Made by a program: the position numbers and the translations under genes. Positions 12,008 through 26,317 of a stretch of 64,000 nucleotides of DNA are shown here, one piece after another (positions within the stretch are counted from its first letter, which is position 1; each line of letters starts with the position of its first letter). Where the stretch lies: assembly GCF_004010195.1 (NCBI RefSeq), contig NC_057720.1:7164328-7228327 (forward strand). The letters run 5' to 3'. Under the pieces are notes generated by a model. That model did not search any database. It saw only the letters and a list, made by a program, of their open reading frames with translations, and had not been told where the DNA came from. This stretch comes from Chiloscyllium plagiosum. Its lineage: Eukaryota.

Positions 12008-12300
12008 CTTTTTATTCATTCAGGGGACAAGAGCATCGCTGGCTAGGCCAACATTTATTGGCCATCAACTTAAGAGTCAAGGGACTCATGTATGCCAGAT
12101 CGGGTAAAGATGTCAGTTTCCTTCCCGAAAGGACATCCATGAACCAGATGGCATTTTGCTGACAATGGTTTCATGGTCATCATTAGACTCTGAATTCCAG
12201 ATGTTTATTGAATTCAAATACTACAGCTGGATTACCAGCACATTCCCTGGGTTCCTGGGGTAACAGTCCAGCAATAATATAACTAGGCCATCGCTTCCCT
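12008..12300 (-). mobile_element. DeuSINE-type (SacSINE1-like) tRNA-derived SINE
   Basis: Matches a family (plus-strand form CCATCTGGTTCAC...TCCTTTAGGGAAGGAAA...GCAATGTGGTTGACTCTTAAC) also at about 13510-13820, 22560-22935, 26905-27040, 29845-30198, 39175-39340, 47365-47856, 53715-54035, 54550-55045 and 55700-55970. Confidence 0.7.
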
Positions 12301-13824
12301 TATAAACTATACTGTCTTATTCTAGGTTTCCTCATTGAGGGGAGCAGCGTGGGAGTGTTTAACCTTTATCAAAGTTGCTATATAAATGCAAGCTGTTGTT
12401 GTTATAACACGCACGTAAGATGCTGAATAATGTCAGCTGGATGCAAGTGGGAAAACAGGTAACAAAACTCAAGGGTAATCCATGTAAAACAACAGTTTGC
12501 TTAAATTGTCATCATTTCCGATTGTTTACGTGAATACTGTAAAGTGAAATCTTATATCCAGTGGCATTTAAATGATTAACTGCCTCACTGAACCAAATGA
12601 CACTTCCATATACTCCAGAGATTTGTGACAAATTATGCAAATCAATTCACCAACTTGAAAGCACAGACTACAATTACTTTCCTTTGTACCTATTTGTGAC
12701 ATTTGAACAATGAAAGACAAGCACAAATAGCCAGGTGAACTACCTGTAGCCTTTTCACGACAATCGATGCACAGTGAGGGACAGAGAAACAGAGAGCCGG
12801 GTGGGTATAGGGGGGGGGTGAAGCTTTTAATCTGCACATCCGGCAGATTTGTTAAATTTAACTCACGGGATGTGGGTGGGCATTGCTGGCTGGGCAAGCA
12901 TTACGATTCACCTCCAACAAGTGTCCTTGAGAAGGTGTTGGTGAGCTACCTTTTAGATTGCTTGGGGTGTGAGGACACTCACAATTCTGATTGGGAGGCG
13001 TTTGTTCCAAGATTTTAACCCAGCAACCCAGAAGGAACGGCAATATATTTCCAAGTCAGGATGGTGTGAGTGGCTTGGAGGGAAACACACAGTGGGTGGT
13101 GTTAATGTGTATCTGCTGCCCTTGCCCTTTCAGATGGAACAGGCTGTGGATTTGGAAAGTGTCACTGACAGAGCTTTGGTGAGTTGCTGCAGTGTATCTT
13201 ATAGATAGTGCACACTTCCAGCAATTAACTTCCTAAAAGTCAACCCCTCAGTGCAGTGCAACACGGTCTCATATTAAGTTAAAAGATCAAAGGCAGGATA
13301 AAGATTTGGCGTGGAATTTTCGTCCCACCTAACAATATGAAGCAGTTCCTGCCTCAGCCTTCTCTTGCTTCAGTCTTTGTGACAGTGCAAATGTAAACCA
13401 ATGAAGCTATCACCCACTGTTGTGAGATCCTATCTGATTCACTGGACTGATGTCTTTTCAGCATGGAAATCATGGATGGTTCCTTCAAGTGGAGCTGAAG
13501 AAATAAATTTCTTTTCTCCTTACTCTTTCATGAAATGTGGGCATCATTAATTGGCTCGGCATTTGATGCCCATCTCTAACTTACCTCAGTTGGAAACAAC
13601 CACATTGCTGTGGGTCTGGAGTCGCACGTAGACCACACTGGGCAAGAATGGCAGATTTCCTTTCCTAAAAGTCCTGTGAACCAGATGGGTTTTTAATAAT
13701 GATTAATCACAGCTTCCTGCAGCTTTATCAGTCCAGATTTACAAACTCAGTTTAAATTCCAGCTGCTGGCCATGATGGGATTTGAACCCAGGGCCTCAGA
13801 ACATCAACTTGGGTCTCTGAATGA

Positions 13825-13966
13825 GAAGGAGAAAGTGAGGACTGCAGATGCTGGAGATCAGAGTTGAGTGTAGTGCTGGAAAAGCACAGCAGGTCAGGCA
13901 GCATCCGAGGAGCAGGAGAATCGACGTTTCAGGCATAAGACTTCATTCCTGAACCACATTCTCATT
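13825..13966 (-). mobile_element. Penelope-derived family A insertion with 9-bp TSD
   Basis: Family A arm flanked by TCTGAATGA at 13816-13824 and 13967-13975. Confidence 0.75.
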
Positions 13967-14000
13967 TCTGAATGACTAGTCCAACAATAGTGCCACCACT

Positions 14001-14314
14001 GGGTGGCACGATGGCACAGTGGTTAGCACTGCTGCTTCATAGCGCCAGAGACCCGGGTTCAATTCCCACCTCAGGCAACTGTCTATGTGGAGTTTGCACA
14101 TTCTCCCTGTGCCTACGTGGGTTTCCTCTGGTAGCTCCGGTTTCCTCTGACAGTCCAAAAATGTGCAGGTTAGGTGAATTGGCCATGGGAAATTGCCCGT
14201 AGTGTTAGGTGAAGGGATAAATGTAGGGGAATGGGTCTGGGTGGGTTGCTCTTCGGAGGGGTCGTATGGACTTGTTGGGCTGAAGGGCCTGTTTCCACAC
14301 TAAGTAATCTAATC
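14001..14314 (+). mobile_element. HE1-type V-SINE
   Basis: Full head, core and tail. Confidence 0.9.
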
Positions 14315-14639
14315 AAATTTCCCCAGATAACTAAGGATTTGTCACTTCGTAATTCAAAACTTCAGCATTGCTGATAAAAAAAAGACATGTTGCTCCAAAG
14401 TGCTCAGACGGTTCACCTTCCTCCAAACAACTTGTTTTAGATGAGCACACTTAACAGAGCAGACGTCCTGAAGACAAGGCCTCCCAAAGTTGTGGGTCAG
14501 GACTCCAACTGGAGTCAAAAGAGATATTTTATGGTCATGACCACTCCCATGTTCATAGATCTGCTCAGCCAGTGGCTGCAATGATATTCCAGCTTTGAAT
14601 GGGGTCACAGTGGCTAAACGTTTGGGAAACACAGTCATT

Positions 14640-15460
14640 TCACCAGAGTGTTATCAAACAATGAGACAGATTTGCAGTATGGGACCAGAAGCATGGTCAA
14701 AGAGGGAGGTTTTACAAACTGTCTTAAGGGAGCCAAGTGATACAGTGAGGCAGATGGGTGTAGGCAAAATATTCCAGTGTTTAAAATCCAGGTCGCTGAA
14801 GATTTGAACTCAACGGTGAAGTGATTAAAATGAGTAATAATAAAGAGGTCAGAGTGGGAGCCACATTGATATTGCGAAGGGTATTGATGCAGGAGCAGGT
14901 CACAGAGACAGTCAGGCCACAGAGGGATCTGAAAACAAGGCATGAAAACGTTCAAATTTTTCGAGTGACTTAACTGGACATTAACAGAGACAACATAGCA
15001 CGGGGTCAATGGGTGAATGGTCTCAGTGTGAATTAGGAAGTGGGAGAAGCGAGCGCAATTACACCATTTAAAAGGCAGTTGGACAGGTACATAGATGGGA
15101 AAGGTTTGGAGGGGTGTGGGCCAAAGGCAGGTAAATGGGACTAGTTCAGCTTAGGAAACCTGATCGGCATGGACGAGTTGGGCCGAAGGGCATGTTTCCG
15201 TGCTGTACGACTCTGTGACATGGAAGCAGAGTTTTCCAGTGACTCCAAGTTAATGGAGGTGAGATTGAGACCAGTCAGGTGTACACTGGAAGAGATTAAT
15301 CAAGATGGAACAAAAGGTGTAGCAGGAAATGAGTTGAAGCAGGGACAGAGAGTTAGTTGATGTTATCGAAATAGTGATAGTGCAGACATGTGATTGGGAG
15401 GATACCTTGGTGCCAAATGAGACAACAGTTTTACAGACAGCCCAGTTCTACTTTAGAGAC
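14640..15460 (-). mobile_element. Old L2-type LINE fragment interrupted by a CR1 3' end (about 15045-15222, +)
   Basis: Minus-strand translation near 15270-15315 gives FVPS*LISSSVHLTGL, resembling the L2 FVTSRLDYSNALLAGL motif. Heavily decayed. Confidence 0.45.
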
Positions 15461-15884
15461 ATGGCAGATCATGTGATGGAGTTGGGGCTACAGATTGGAG
15501 GTTTCTTGATCGCCAGCCAATCAGAGAGAACCAACAATCTGGGAGATGGGAAATTAAGCCACACATTTGCAATAGCTTATTGTTGAAAGCACGGCACAGG
15601 GGTCCTGGTGTTGAACTGGGCAGGTAAGGACTTTGAGATTCATAAGAACTTAGTTTAGCACAGGCACCAGTTTCCACATTTCCTTTCTGGACTCTATCCC
15701 CATCCAAAGGAAAACTCTCAACTGGGAAGAACCCAGCTCCTTAGACCACACAAGGTTTAACACCATTCACAAATTCCGCAAATACTGAAGAAGTGGGGAT
15801 CTCAGCAAGACCTGAATAGCCGGAAGGCTTGGGCTGATAAGTGGCACGTAACATTCATGTCACGAGTGCCAGGCAATGGGCATT

Positions 15885-16715
15885 TTTAAAAATTCATTTG
15901 TGGGACTGGGGCATCGCTGGCTGGGCCAGCATTGATAGCCCATCCCTATTTGCCCCTGAGAAGGTGGTGGTGAGCTGCCTTCTTGAATCGCTGCAGTCCA
16001 CTTGCTGTGGGTTGACCCACAATGCCCCAGTAGGGAGGGAATTCCAGGATTTTGACCCGATGACTGTGAAGGAATGGTGGTATATTTCCAAGTCAGGGTG
16101 GTGAATGGCTTGGAGGGGAACTTGCAGGTAGGTGGTGGTGTTCCCAACTACTGCTGCCTTTGTTCCTTCTAGATGGAAATGGTTGTGGGTTTGGAAGGTG
16201 CAGTTTGAGAATCTTTGGTGAATTTCTACAGTGCATCTTGTAGATAGTACGCACTGCTGCCACTGAGTGTCGGTAGTGGAGGGAGTGAATGCTTGTAGAT
16301 GTGGTGCCAATCAAACGGGTTGCTTGTCCTGGATGGTGTCGAGCTTCTTGAGTGTTGTTGGAGCTGCCCCCATCCAGGCAAGTGGGGAATATTCCATCAC
16401 ACTCCTGACTTGTGCCTTGTAGATGGTGGATAGAATTTGGGGTGTCAGGAGGTGAGTATCCCCAGTGTCTGACATGCTCTTGTAGCCACTATGTTTCTGT
16501 GGTGAGTCCAGTTCAGTTTCTGTTCAATGGTAACCCCAAGGATGTTGACAGTGAGGGATTCAGTGATGGTGATACCGTTGAATGTATCACCATCACAAGG
16601 GGCAGTTGTTAAAGTGTCTCTTATTGACAATCGTCATTGTCTGGCATTTGAGTGAAGCGAATGTTACTTGCCACCTGTCGGCCGAAGCCTGGATATTGTC
16701 CAGATCTTGTTGCAT
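15885..16715 (-). mobile_element. CR1/L2-group LINE, RT C-terminus and 3' end
   Basis: Remnant ITESLTVNILGVTIEQKLNWTHHRNIVATRACQTLGIL followed by the family 3' tail. Confidence 0.85.
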
Positions 16716-17182
16716 GACCAACATAGATCAAATAACACCAAAAGTCTTCACGGCCATCCAAATAGGCATGGCTGTGAATATAACTGTGTGCCAAGAAACA
16801 CTCATTGAGGTTGCCTCAGTTTTCAGTCAATAACTATTTTGGAAAGGCACATTGGTTTGTATTCAGTTTAAGCGGATAGCAGCTCTTTGTGTGACATACA
16901 GAAGACTCTGACTTGATCTAACGATCAAGGAAGTGACCACATAACGTTATAACTGTTTCCCACTTCACTCTGATTATATCTAATGCATGTAGGGATATGT
17001 TTTATTTGATATCAGTTTGAAGGAGAAACTGTCTGGTCTTATGGCTTTGTTTAACCAATGGGCGATCTTATGTGAACAAATACTCCTTTCAAGGTGAAAT
17101 GCATTTCAGGCGTTTTTGTGTGTTCTATTTGCAGATGAATTGACCTCCACCACTGGTGTATACAAGACATCAATTGCAGTGA

Positions 17183-17325
17183 AAACAACAAATGCTGGCA
17201 ATCACTATGGCTCAGACAGCACCCATGGACAGAGAGAGTAAGGGCTCCATGGATGCTGTCTGAGCTGCTGTGATCTCCAGCAGTTGTTGCTTTCAATACA
17301 GATTCCAGTCTCTGCAGTAATTTGC
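17183..17325. mobile_element. Hairpin repeat related to the Penelope-derived families (family D)
   Basis: Inverted arms TGCTGG...CTCAGACAGCACCCATGGA / TCCATGGATGCTGTCTGAG...CCAGCA. A related copy lies at about 37290-37450. Confidence 0.6.
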
Positions 17326-18081
17326 ACCTCCACCAACTGCAGCACTCTAAGCAGCTCAGAACCTCAGGCACAGAAGCCAAAGCTTTCACTCTCTTGAACC
17401 CCTCCGACGATCAAAAAGCACAGGATCACGGGAGTCCATTCAGCCCATCGTGCCTGCAAACGGCTCGTGAAATGGGTGTCGTTAAGCAGTGAGAGGAGAC
17501 ACTGAGGACAGCAGATGCTGGAGGATCAGGGTTGATAAGAAGTGGCAGTGGAAAAGGTACAGCAGGTCAGGCAGCATCACAGGAGCAGGGGAGTCGACGT
17601 TGCAGGTCAGAACCTTGCCCCACAGTTCCCCCACACCCTCACGCGTTACTTTTACCTTCTGACACTCTCCTGAATGCCTCTTTTTGGCCAGAATTGATTC
17701 TTCTGGTCTTTCACATCCCCAGGGTTGATAAGGTCCATTTTACTGTGTGAGTAAAATCCCTTTATTTCTTTCAAGGCAAATTAGCAATTGGCTGCCCATG
17801 GTGGCTTCAGCCTTCAAAGGCCTAGACAGCCTAACTTCCAACTAGGCTGTTTGTTGATTCAACACCAAAGGAAGCATTTGGAGGCAACTCGTGCTGCAGT
17901 TAATGAGGATAAATGGCCAAGGGGAATCAAGTCAAAGGTGCTCCTTAGCTGAAAGGCAATACTTGGCTGACAAGAAGAGCACTGTAAACTCCAAGAATCA
18001 ATGCAGGAGGAGTGTTTGCCCATAAAGTTTCCTAATGCTCCCCTGCCAGCTCAGTCTGCCATAGTAACTGTTGTAAATTCA

Positions 18082-18800
18082 CTTCCTTTTCTGAGGAAGG
18101 ATGCTCTTGCTCTCGAGGGAGTGCAGTGAAAGTTTCCCAGGTTTTTCCGGGGGATGGTGGGACTCACGTATGAGGAGAGATTGACTCGGTTAGGATTGTT
18201 TTCACTGGAGTTCAGACAAGTGGGGTTGGGGAATCTCATTGGGCCTTATAAAATTCTAACAGGACTAGACAGTGTAGATGCAGAGAGGTTGTTCCTGATG
18301 GTGGATGTGTCCAGAACCAGGGTCACAGTCTGAGGATTTGGGGCGGACTATTTAGGACTGAGATGAGGTGACGTTTCTTCATCCAAAGAGTGGTGAGCCT
18401 GTGGAATTCAATACCACAGGAAGGAGTTGATGCCAAAACATTGAATGTATTTAAGAGGCGGCTGGATATTGCTCAAAGGTTATGGGGAGAAAGCAGGATT
18501 AGGCTACTGAGTTGCTGAAAATGTGTTGCTGGAAAAGCGCAGCAGGTCAGGCAGCATCCAAGGAGCAGGAGAATCGATGTTTCGGGAATGAGCCCTTCGT
18601 CGATTCTCCTGTTCCTTGGATGCTGCCTGACCTGCTGCGCTTTTCCAGCAACACATTTTCAGCTCTGATCTCCAGCATCTGCAGTCCTCACTTTCTCCTA
18701 GGCTACTGAGTTGGGCAATCAGCCATGATCGTGATAAATGGCGGAGAAGGCATGAGGGGCTGAATGGCCTCCTCCTGCTCCTATCTTCTATGTTTCTATG
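18082..18800 (+). mobile_element. CR1 LINE 3' fragment, interrupted at 18515-18698
   Basis: CR1 ORF2 and 3' UTR sequence resumes after the family A insertion. Confidence 0.85.
18515..18698. mobile_element. Penelope-derived family A hairpin insertion with 15-bp TSD
   Basis: Inverted arms; TAGGCTACTGAGTTG at 18500-18514 and 18699-18713. Confidence 0.88.
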
Positions 18801-20782
18801 AATTCTCACTCCTGTCAGTAATTGACAACAAGTCACTTGGAGCCCACTGAGTCTGCCCTCCTCGCTTTCTGCGCTTCAGCTCTCTAACTTAACCCCACTC
18901 TCTTACTCGCTTCCCTTTACTTCAAGTCATTCCATTTGAAACAATTATCTCCTCCCCTTTTCAAAAAGCCTCTCCTTCAGCGAGTGATGATTGACACACC
19001 ATGGCCAAAGTGAATCAATGAAAAGCAGGCACGTGACTCAGCAAGGATGCTTTTGGCCTCCCTGGAAACAACAGTTGCTCAAACCAAACCCATCAGGCGG
19101 AAGGCCAGCTGTGTATTTTGAAGAGGGCTGTCAGTCATTTCAGCGGCTGTGGCAATGATGGAGGAGCTGCCGTAGAATAACCATTGTACCAGTTTCTAAT
19201 TCTCAATGCTGATGAATAGGTTTTGAGGAGCTTTATTTTCCCAACCACTTCCTCCCCCGCACTTTCTCTCTTTTATCTCGGTTCCAGCGTATTGACTTAC
19301 TGAAGATTCCCTCCAGTGCACTGTGCGATCTCATTTTCCAGCTGGGAATGGGATCATACCTGTGTGGAATCATTAATGAAACCATCAAGACCACAGAAGG
19401 AGCTACAGCTCAAGGGAAAATCCAATGCAGAGTTGACTACGCCTTCTCTGTGCCCCAAGCCTTAGCCCAGCTCATCCCAGCCTATTCTCTACCACTAATA
19501 CATTTCAATATAAGAATTGAGTCACGTGTTTTTCAGGCTAATCTGGGCCAGTGTAACCTTAAGAAAGGTTGTGCCGACTGGTGAAATTTGCAGGAATGCC
19601 AATAACTGAGTGAACTATTCATGACCCTATATAAGTAACTAAACAATCTGCAACAGTGGGAATGAAAGGTGTGAAGCTATTGATATACATCCACATGCCA
19701 ACGGTTGCTCATTTACAAACATCTGATTTATGAACACTTGGACTTAACAGTGAGATCCCATACAGGGTGGATTATTATTGACTTTAAAGATCCAACATGC
19801 AAGCATCTCCCATACTTGAGAACTATTTTATATAGCATTGTGTCCCAACTTGCTTACACATATGAACATACTCAAGAATGGAAGCCCTTTGTAACACCCG
19901 GATTGCCTGTATACTGACACAATTGTGGATTTGTGTACATAAACACCGCAATCTTTCCCAAAATGTAATTTTATATTGCTCATTTTGTGCACATGACAGA
20001 TCTGCAGATTTATACATCTACATGATTATGGCAAAACTGCGAGGCAGGAGATAATCATAAAGAATGTAATTTAATCTGGTCGAGTCTATCTCAACAATTA
20101 CTGGCTGTGCAAATTGTGCAAAATATTATCCAGCAACAATTGCAATAACACACAGCATTACATCAAGAGAACCATATTAGACCCAAGAATGTACATTTTG
20201 ATGAGGGCAGTGCCTGTGGAAAGTGTTAAACAATGAGAAAATATAATCAGTACCATCACCTTCTCCTTTTTCCTGCAAAATAAATCTGGAATTAAAAACG
20301 CAGAATATTTTACGTACACTACTGCACAATATTCACTTCTAAGAATTACTTGTGAAGGGAGGCTGGGGCATAAGGCTGGATGCCTGTCTGAAGTGTTTAA
20401 TACGTGCATTGGCCCTGATACGACTTGTGAAGATATGTTTTCCCATCGTGCTTGTCATATAATTAGCACCACTGATGACCACAGCGCCAGACCATTTCCT
20501 CGCACCATGTGGTGAGCAACAAGGCTGTTCTTCCAACTGACCTCTTGCCAGGAAACCTGTCTGTAGGTGGAACAGTCTTGTTGGCCAATGAAGGAGTCTT
20601 GAAGAAGGGATGAAAGCTCTTGTGCCACACCACCTGTCCAAGACCTTACTCTATCTTCAGCAAGGTGTTTATGGAACAGTCTGGATGGTCAAAACAAATT
20701 AGGGAGAACATCCAAGTAATTTCTAAAGGCTTGCTCCCAGCATCAAGACTCTACTGGAAGCACACAAGGAAAACACCAGGCA

Positions 20783-21964
20783 AAAGTTAAAAATCACACA
20801 TACCAGGTTATAGTCTAACAGGTTTAACTGGAAACACTAGCTTTCAGAATGCTGCTCCTTCATCAGGTGGTTGTGATGATCATGATCTGGTGATGAAGGG
20901 GCAGTGCTCCGAAAGCTAGTGCTTCCAAATAAACCTGTTGGACTAGAACCTGGTCATAGAGTCATAGAGATGTACACCACGGAAACAAACCCTTCGGTCC
21001 AATCCATCCATGCCAACCAGATATCCAAACCACTTGCCAGCACCCGGCCCATATCCCTCCAAACCCTTCCTATTCATACACCCATCCAAATGCCTTTTAA
21101 ATGTTGCCATTGAACCAGCCTCCACTACTTCCTCTGGCAGCTCATTCCATACACACACCACCCTCTGAGTGAAAAGATCTCTTTTATATCTTTCCCTCTC
21201 ACCCTAAGCCTATGCCCTCTAGTTCTGGACTCCCCCACCCCAGGGAAAAGACTTTGTCTATTTACCCTATCCATGCCCCTCATGATTTTATAAACCTCTA
21301 TAAGGTCACCCCTCAGCCTCTGAGGCTCCAGGGAAAACAGCCCCAGCCTGTTTAGCCTCTCCTGATAGCTCAAATCCTCCAACCCTGGCAACATCCTTGT
21401 AAATCTTTTCTGAACCCTTTCAAGTTTCACAACATCTTTCCGATAGGAAGGAGACCAGAACTGCACGCAATATTACAACAGTATCTAACCAATATCGTGT
21501 ACAGCCACAACATGACCTCCCAATTCCTGTACTCAATACTCTCACCGATAAAGGAAAGCATACCAAACGCCTTCTTCACTATCCTATCTACCTGCGACTC
21601 CACTTTCAAGGAGCTATGAACCTGCACTCCAAGGTGTCTTTGTTCAGCAACACTCCCGTGGACCTTACCATTAAGTGTATAAGTCCTGCTAACATTTGCT
21701 TTCCCAAAATGCAGCATCTCGCACTTATCTGAATTAAACTCCATCTGCCACTTCTCAGCCCATTGGCCCATCTGGTCCAGATCCTGTTGTAATCTGAGGT
21801 AAATCTCTTCGCTGTCCACTACACCTCCAATTTTGATGTCATCTGCAAACCTACTAACTGTACCTCTTATGCTCACATCCAAATCATTTATATAAATGAC
21901 AAAAAGTAGTGTGTGATTTTTAGCTTTGTCCACCCCAGTCCAACACTGGCATCTCCAAATCATG
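20783..21964. mobile_element. Penelope-derived family B hairpin split by a CR1 insertion
   Basis: Inverted arms at 20783-20954 contain TGATGAAGGGGCAGTGCTCCGAAAGCTAGTG. The right arm resumes at 21910 (TGTGTGATTTTTAG...GGCATCTCCAAATCATG). Confidence 0.8.
20955..21909 (-). mobile_element. CR1/HER1-type LINE, 5'-truncated, with RT remnants
   Basis: LLFVIYINDLD...SRFADDIKIGG...LQQDLDQMGQWAEKWQMEFN...; (CTCTATGA)n tail at 20955. Confidence 0.93.
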
Positions 21965-24149
21965 CCAGGCGAACGCTCATGAGTAGGATCAGTAAATGTT
22001 CTGAGAGTAGTGACCATCCTTTATTAAATAGTGTCCCTCTTCAACACAACCTATGAGGAAGAGTTCTCCAGTTCCAGCACGTGTGTCGGAACAACTCTGA
22101 GCTGGTTTTCTTTCTCTGCATGCATTTCATTCCCCACTAAGAAGCAATTGAAATATGATGGTGCTGACAATGACATTTTCCCATTTCAGGTACAAGCTCT
22201 TGCTGAATTTATACTGCATTTTATCATCAGAAGGGAAAAAACTTTACATTTATATGTGTCTTTTATGGCTTCAGTATGTCCTGAAGCTTTTTACAGCCAA
22301 TGATATGGTTACAATGTGGAAAACACTGCCTGAGCAGGTAGTAGAAGCAGTTTTGATCCACAGTGACTTTCAGAAGAAAATACTGGGAGTCACAGTAGGT
22401 TTCATTTTGACAATTAATGAACTTGGACTGGTGAATGCAACTGACTGTCCCTTTAGACATACTTCCAAGAACCATATGTCATAGAATGAGACCACTCAAC
22501 CCATCTTGCTTGTGCTGGCCCATTGAAAGTGCTCTCTGATTCAGCCCGCTTCCCTGCTGCCCAATAAATGCTTTCCTTATGATTATTTTTTTCAAGTCTT
22601 TCATGGCCTGTACATGTCACAATGTATTGTGCATCCTTAATTTCCCCCAACAGTAGTTAAGAGTCAACCACATTGCTGTGGTCTGGAGTCACATGTAGGC
22701 CTGACCAGGTAAGCCTGACAAATTTCCTTCCCTAAAGGACACTAGTGACCCAGATGGATTTTTACAACAATTGATGATAGTTTAATGGTCACCATTTATT
22801 GGGGCTGGCTTCATGTTCCAGATTTATTCATTGGCTTGAAATTCCACCAGCTCCTGTGGTGAGGTTTGAACCTATGACCTCAAGAGCGTTACTTCTGGAT
22901 TACTGTAGAGGGACATTACCGCTACAACACCACCTCTTCAACCGAATTCCACTTTGAAAGTTACGACATAATTTGCTTCCACCGCTGTCATATACCAGTC
23001 CATGCCAAATCAACTCCCTTCCAGAATTAAAAAAGACTCCTCACCTCCTCCCCTCATTCTTTTGCCAATCACCTTAATATGCATCCTCCCATTATCAAGC
23101 TGTTTGCCAGAGGAATGGTTGTCACCTCTATCAGTTTCACCTTGATGAACTCATTAAGAGGTTCCACAACTGGGGAGTACCTCAAGTAAATCTCTGTGAT
23201 GTTCACCATTCTAAAGAAACCTTCTCTGCATCACCGAAATCCCACATCCAAGGGAAAAGCAACCTTATAGAAACATACAGAATATTCAGGGGACTTGACA
23301 GAGTAGATGCAGAAAGACTATTTCCCCTTGAGATGGTGTCTTGGAACAAAGGGTAAATCTCAGAATAAGGGGTCATACATTTAAAACAGAGATAAGGAGA
23401 AGCTTCTCTCAGAGGGTAGTGAATCTGTAGAATTCTTTCCCTCAGTGGGCTGTCGAGGGTGGGTGGTTAAATACGATCATAGAGGCAAAGACGTTTACAG
23501 TACAGAAAAACGTCCTTCAGTTCATCATGTCTGTGCAGGTTGAAAACATCCACCCCACCTAATTTCTAATCTCATTTTTCAACACTTCGCCCATAACCTC
23601 ATATGCCTTGGGATCGCAAGTGACCATCGAATTTTTTTTTTAATGTTATGGGGGTTCCTGTCTCTACCAGTCTTACAGGCAGTGAGTTCCAAGTTCCCAC
23701 CACCCTCTGGGTGAATTACACTTTCCTCACAGCCCCCTCTAAACCCTTACCTTAAATCCACGCCCCCTGATCTTGATGCCTCCATCAAGGGGAAAAGTTT
23801 CTTCCTGTCTACACTATCTTTGCCCCTCACTATTTTTAATGGAGGCCAAGATCAGATTGATCCAGAGAAGGCAGTGATGTAGAGGTAATGACAGATTTTT
23901 ATTCATTAAGAAAGGTCTAGGACGATGGGAAAAGGCAGGTAGGGGGAGCCGAGGATTATCAGATCGACCATGATCCCGCTGAATGGCAGAGCAGACTCAA
24001 TGGGCTGAATGGCTTCCGTCTGCTCCTATATGTTATGCTTTAAGGTGGAATGCTCATACATTTCTTCTGTATGCTCTCTAAACCTTGACATTACTCCTAA
24101 AGTGCAGATTTTGAAACTGCACAGAATACACCAAATCAGACTAAGACTT

Positions 24150-24620
24150 AAACACTTAATGGTAAGGTCCTGGGGAGTGTTGCTGAACAAAGAGACCTTG
24201 GAGTGCAGGTTCATAGTTCCTTGAAAGTGGAGTCGCAGGTAGATAGGATAGAGAAGAAGGCGTTAGGTATGCTTTCCTTTTCTGGTCAGTGCATTGAGTT
24301 GGGAGGTCATGGTGCAGCTGTACAGGACACTGAGCAGGCTACTGCATGTAATTCTGGTGTCCTTCCAATTGGAAGGATGTTGTGAAACTTGAAAGGGTTC
24401 AAAAACGATTTACAAGGATGCTGCTAGAGTTGGAGGATTTGAGCTACAAGGAGAGGCTGAATAGATTGGGGCTGTTTTCCCTGGAGCATCGGAAGCTCAG
24501 GGGTGACCTTATAGAGGTTTATAAAATCATGAGGGGCATGGATAAGATAAATAGACAAGGTATTTTTCCTGAGTTGGGGGAGTCCCTAGAGGGCACAGGT
24601 TTAGGGTGAGAGGGGAAATA
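24150..24620 (+). mobile_element. CR1 LINE fragment
   Basis: VHSSLKVESQVDR and KLERVQKRFTRMLLELEDLSYKERLNRLGLFSLE remnants. Confidence 0.9.
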
Positions 24621-25029
24621 TATAGTATAGATAGTAAATAGTAGGTAAACAGCAGCAAAAACAAAAACGTAGGTACAGGCGAATGTTCAGAGTTTGTGAG
24701 TCCGTTCCATATTCCTACTGTCTTTCTGTAGAGCAATCCTCTTAGCCCTATGCTTCTGCTCTATCCCCCATAGCCCTGCAAGATTATAGCACTCATGTCC
24801 ATCCATCCAGTTTACTTTTGAAATCATTCACCATCTTTGATGCAAACCACCTTTGGAAGCAGCAAGTTTCAGAATAAGAAAAACTTTAAAGAATTGGATC
24901 CAATTTTATCCGACATGGGCCAGAGTCACTGATCATCTACTGACACAGAATGTAAAGCTCAGAAACTGAGTATTAGACCCAAAAAGTACTCCTCATGAAC
25001 CCCCCTTCCACTTGTTACTTACGTAGTAA

Positions 25030-25328
25030 CCCTACAGTGTGGAAACAGGCCATTCAGCCCAACAAGTCCACACTAACTCTCTGAAGAGCATCCCACCCAG
25101 ACTCGTCCCCTTACACTATCCCAAAATCCTGTATTTCCCTGGCTAATGCACCTAACCTACACATCCCTGAACACTATGGGCAATTTAGCATGGCAAATCC
25201 ACATAACCTGCACATCTTTGGACTGTGGGAAGAAATCCACACAGACACAGGGAGAATGTGCAAACTCCACACAGACAGTCACCCGAGGCTGGAATTGAGT
25301 CCAGGTCCCTGGTGCTGTGAGGCAGCAC
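25030..25328 (-). mobile_element. HE1-type V-SINE
   Basis: Core and tail match the other copies. Confidence 0.85.
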
Positions 25329-25558
25329 AAGTTAGTGGCAGCCATGATTTCACTGAATGGTGGAACAGGCTTGAGGGGCTGAATGGCCTACTCCTATTCT
25401 TACGTCATGTTAAAACACGACGCCTGCAGCATGTCCTGAAATTTCTACTGGCTCTTGTGGTGTCCCTGCTTGGGGGCCTGGGTTCAAATCCCACTTTCTC
25501 CATACATGTGACATAAACAGGACTGAACTTTTTTTTTACAGGCTCTTATGATACAAAG

Positions 25559-25640
25559 CTGAAAATGTGTTGCTGGAACAGCGCAGCAGGTCAGGCAGCA
25601 TCCAGGGAACAGGAGAATCGACGTTTCGGGCATAAACCCT
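25559..25640 (-). mobile_element. Penelope-derived family A fragment with 10-bp TSD
   Basis: TGATACAAAG at 25549-25558 and 25641-25650. Confidence 0.8.
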
Positions 25641-26317
25641 TGATACAAAGGCAGTGCTTTTAGGTTAGAAGGTCCCGTGTTCAAATCCAACCTGCTCTTG
25701 GCAGGTGTAACACACCCCTGAACGGAGTGTATCTGTTCTGAGATTTATGTTTGCCAAAATTCCAAGCTCTATCCTGGTGATGACCTTTCTCCTGAATTTT
25801 GATGTTTGTTTTATTAATGACCCCTCAGTTTGGGTGGTCTCATGAGTGGAATATCTTCCATGCTCCCCCTTTACTTCACTGTGGGTGGAAGGATTCCCTG
25901 GCAAGAACAAGCTCATGAAGTCATAGAGTCACAGTCATAGAAATGTACAGCATGGAAACAGAGGTCATTGATACCAGGAGCAGGAGTATGGCAGTTTGAG
26001 CTTGTTCCACCATTCAGTAGGATCATGGCTGATCCTGTATATCAGCGCCATATTCCTGTCTTCCCTCCATGTGCTTTGGTAACTTTAATATCTAACAGTA
26101 TATCAATCTCTTCTCTGAATACGCCAGTGTCCCGGCATCCACATCCTTCTGTGGTGGAGAAATCCACAGACTGATCACTTTCTGAGTGAAGAAACAACTC
26201 TGCACCCTGAGACTCGAGCCCCTGATTCTAGAACTCCCCAGCCAGGGAAAACATCCTCCCTGTTTCTGGCCCGTTCCAGTCCTGTGAGAATTTCATCCAT
26301 TTTATTCAGATCCCCTC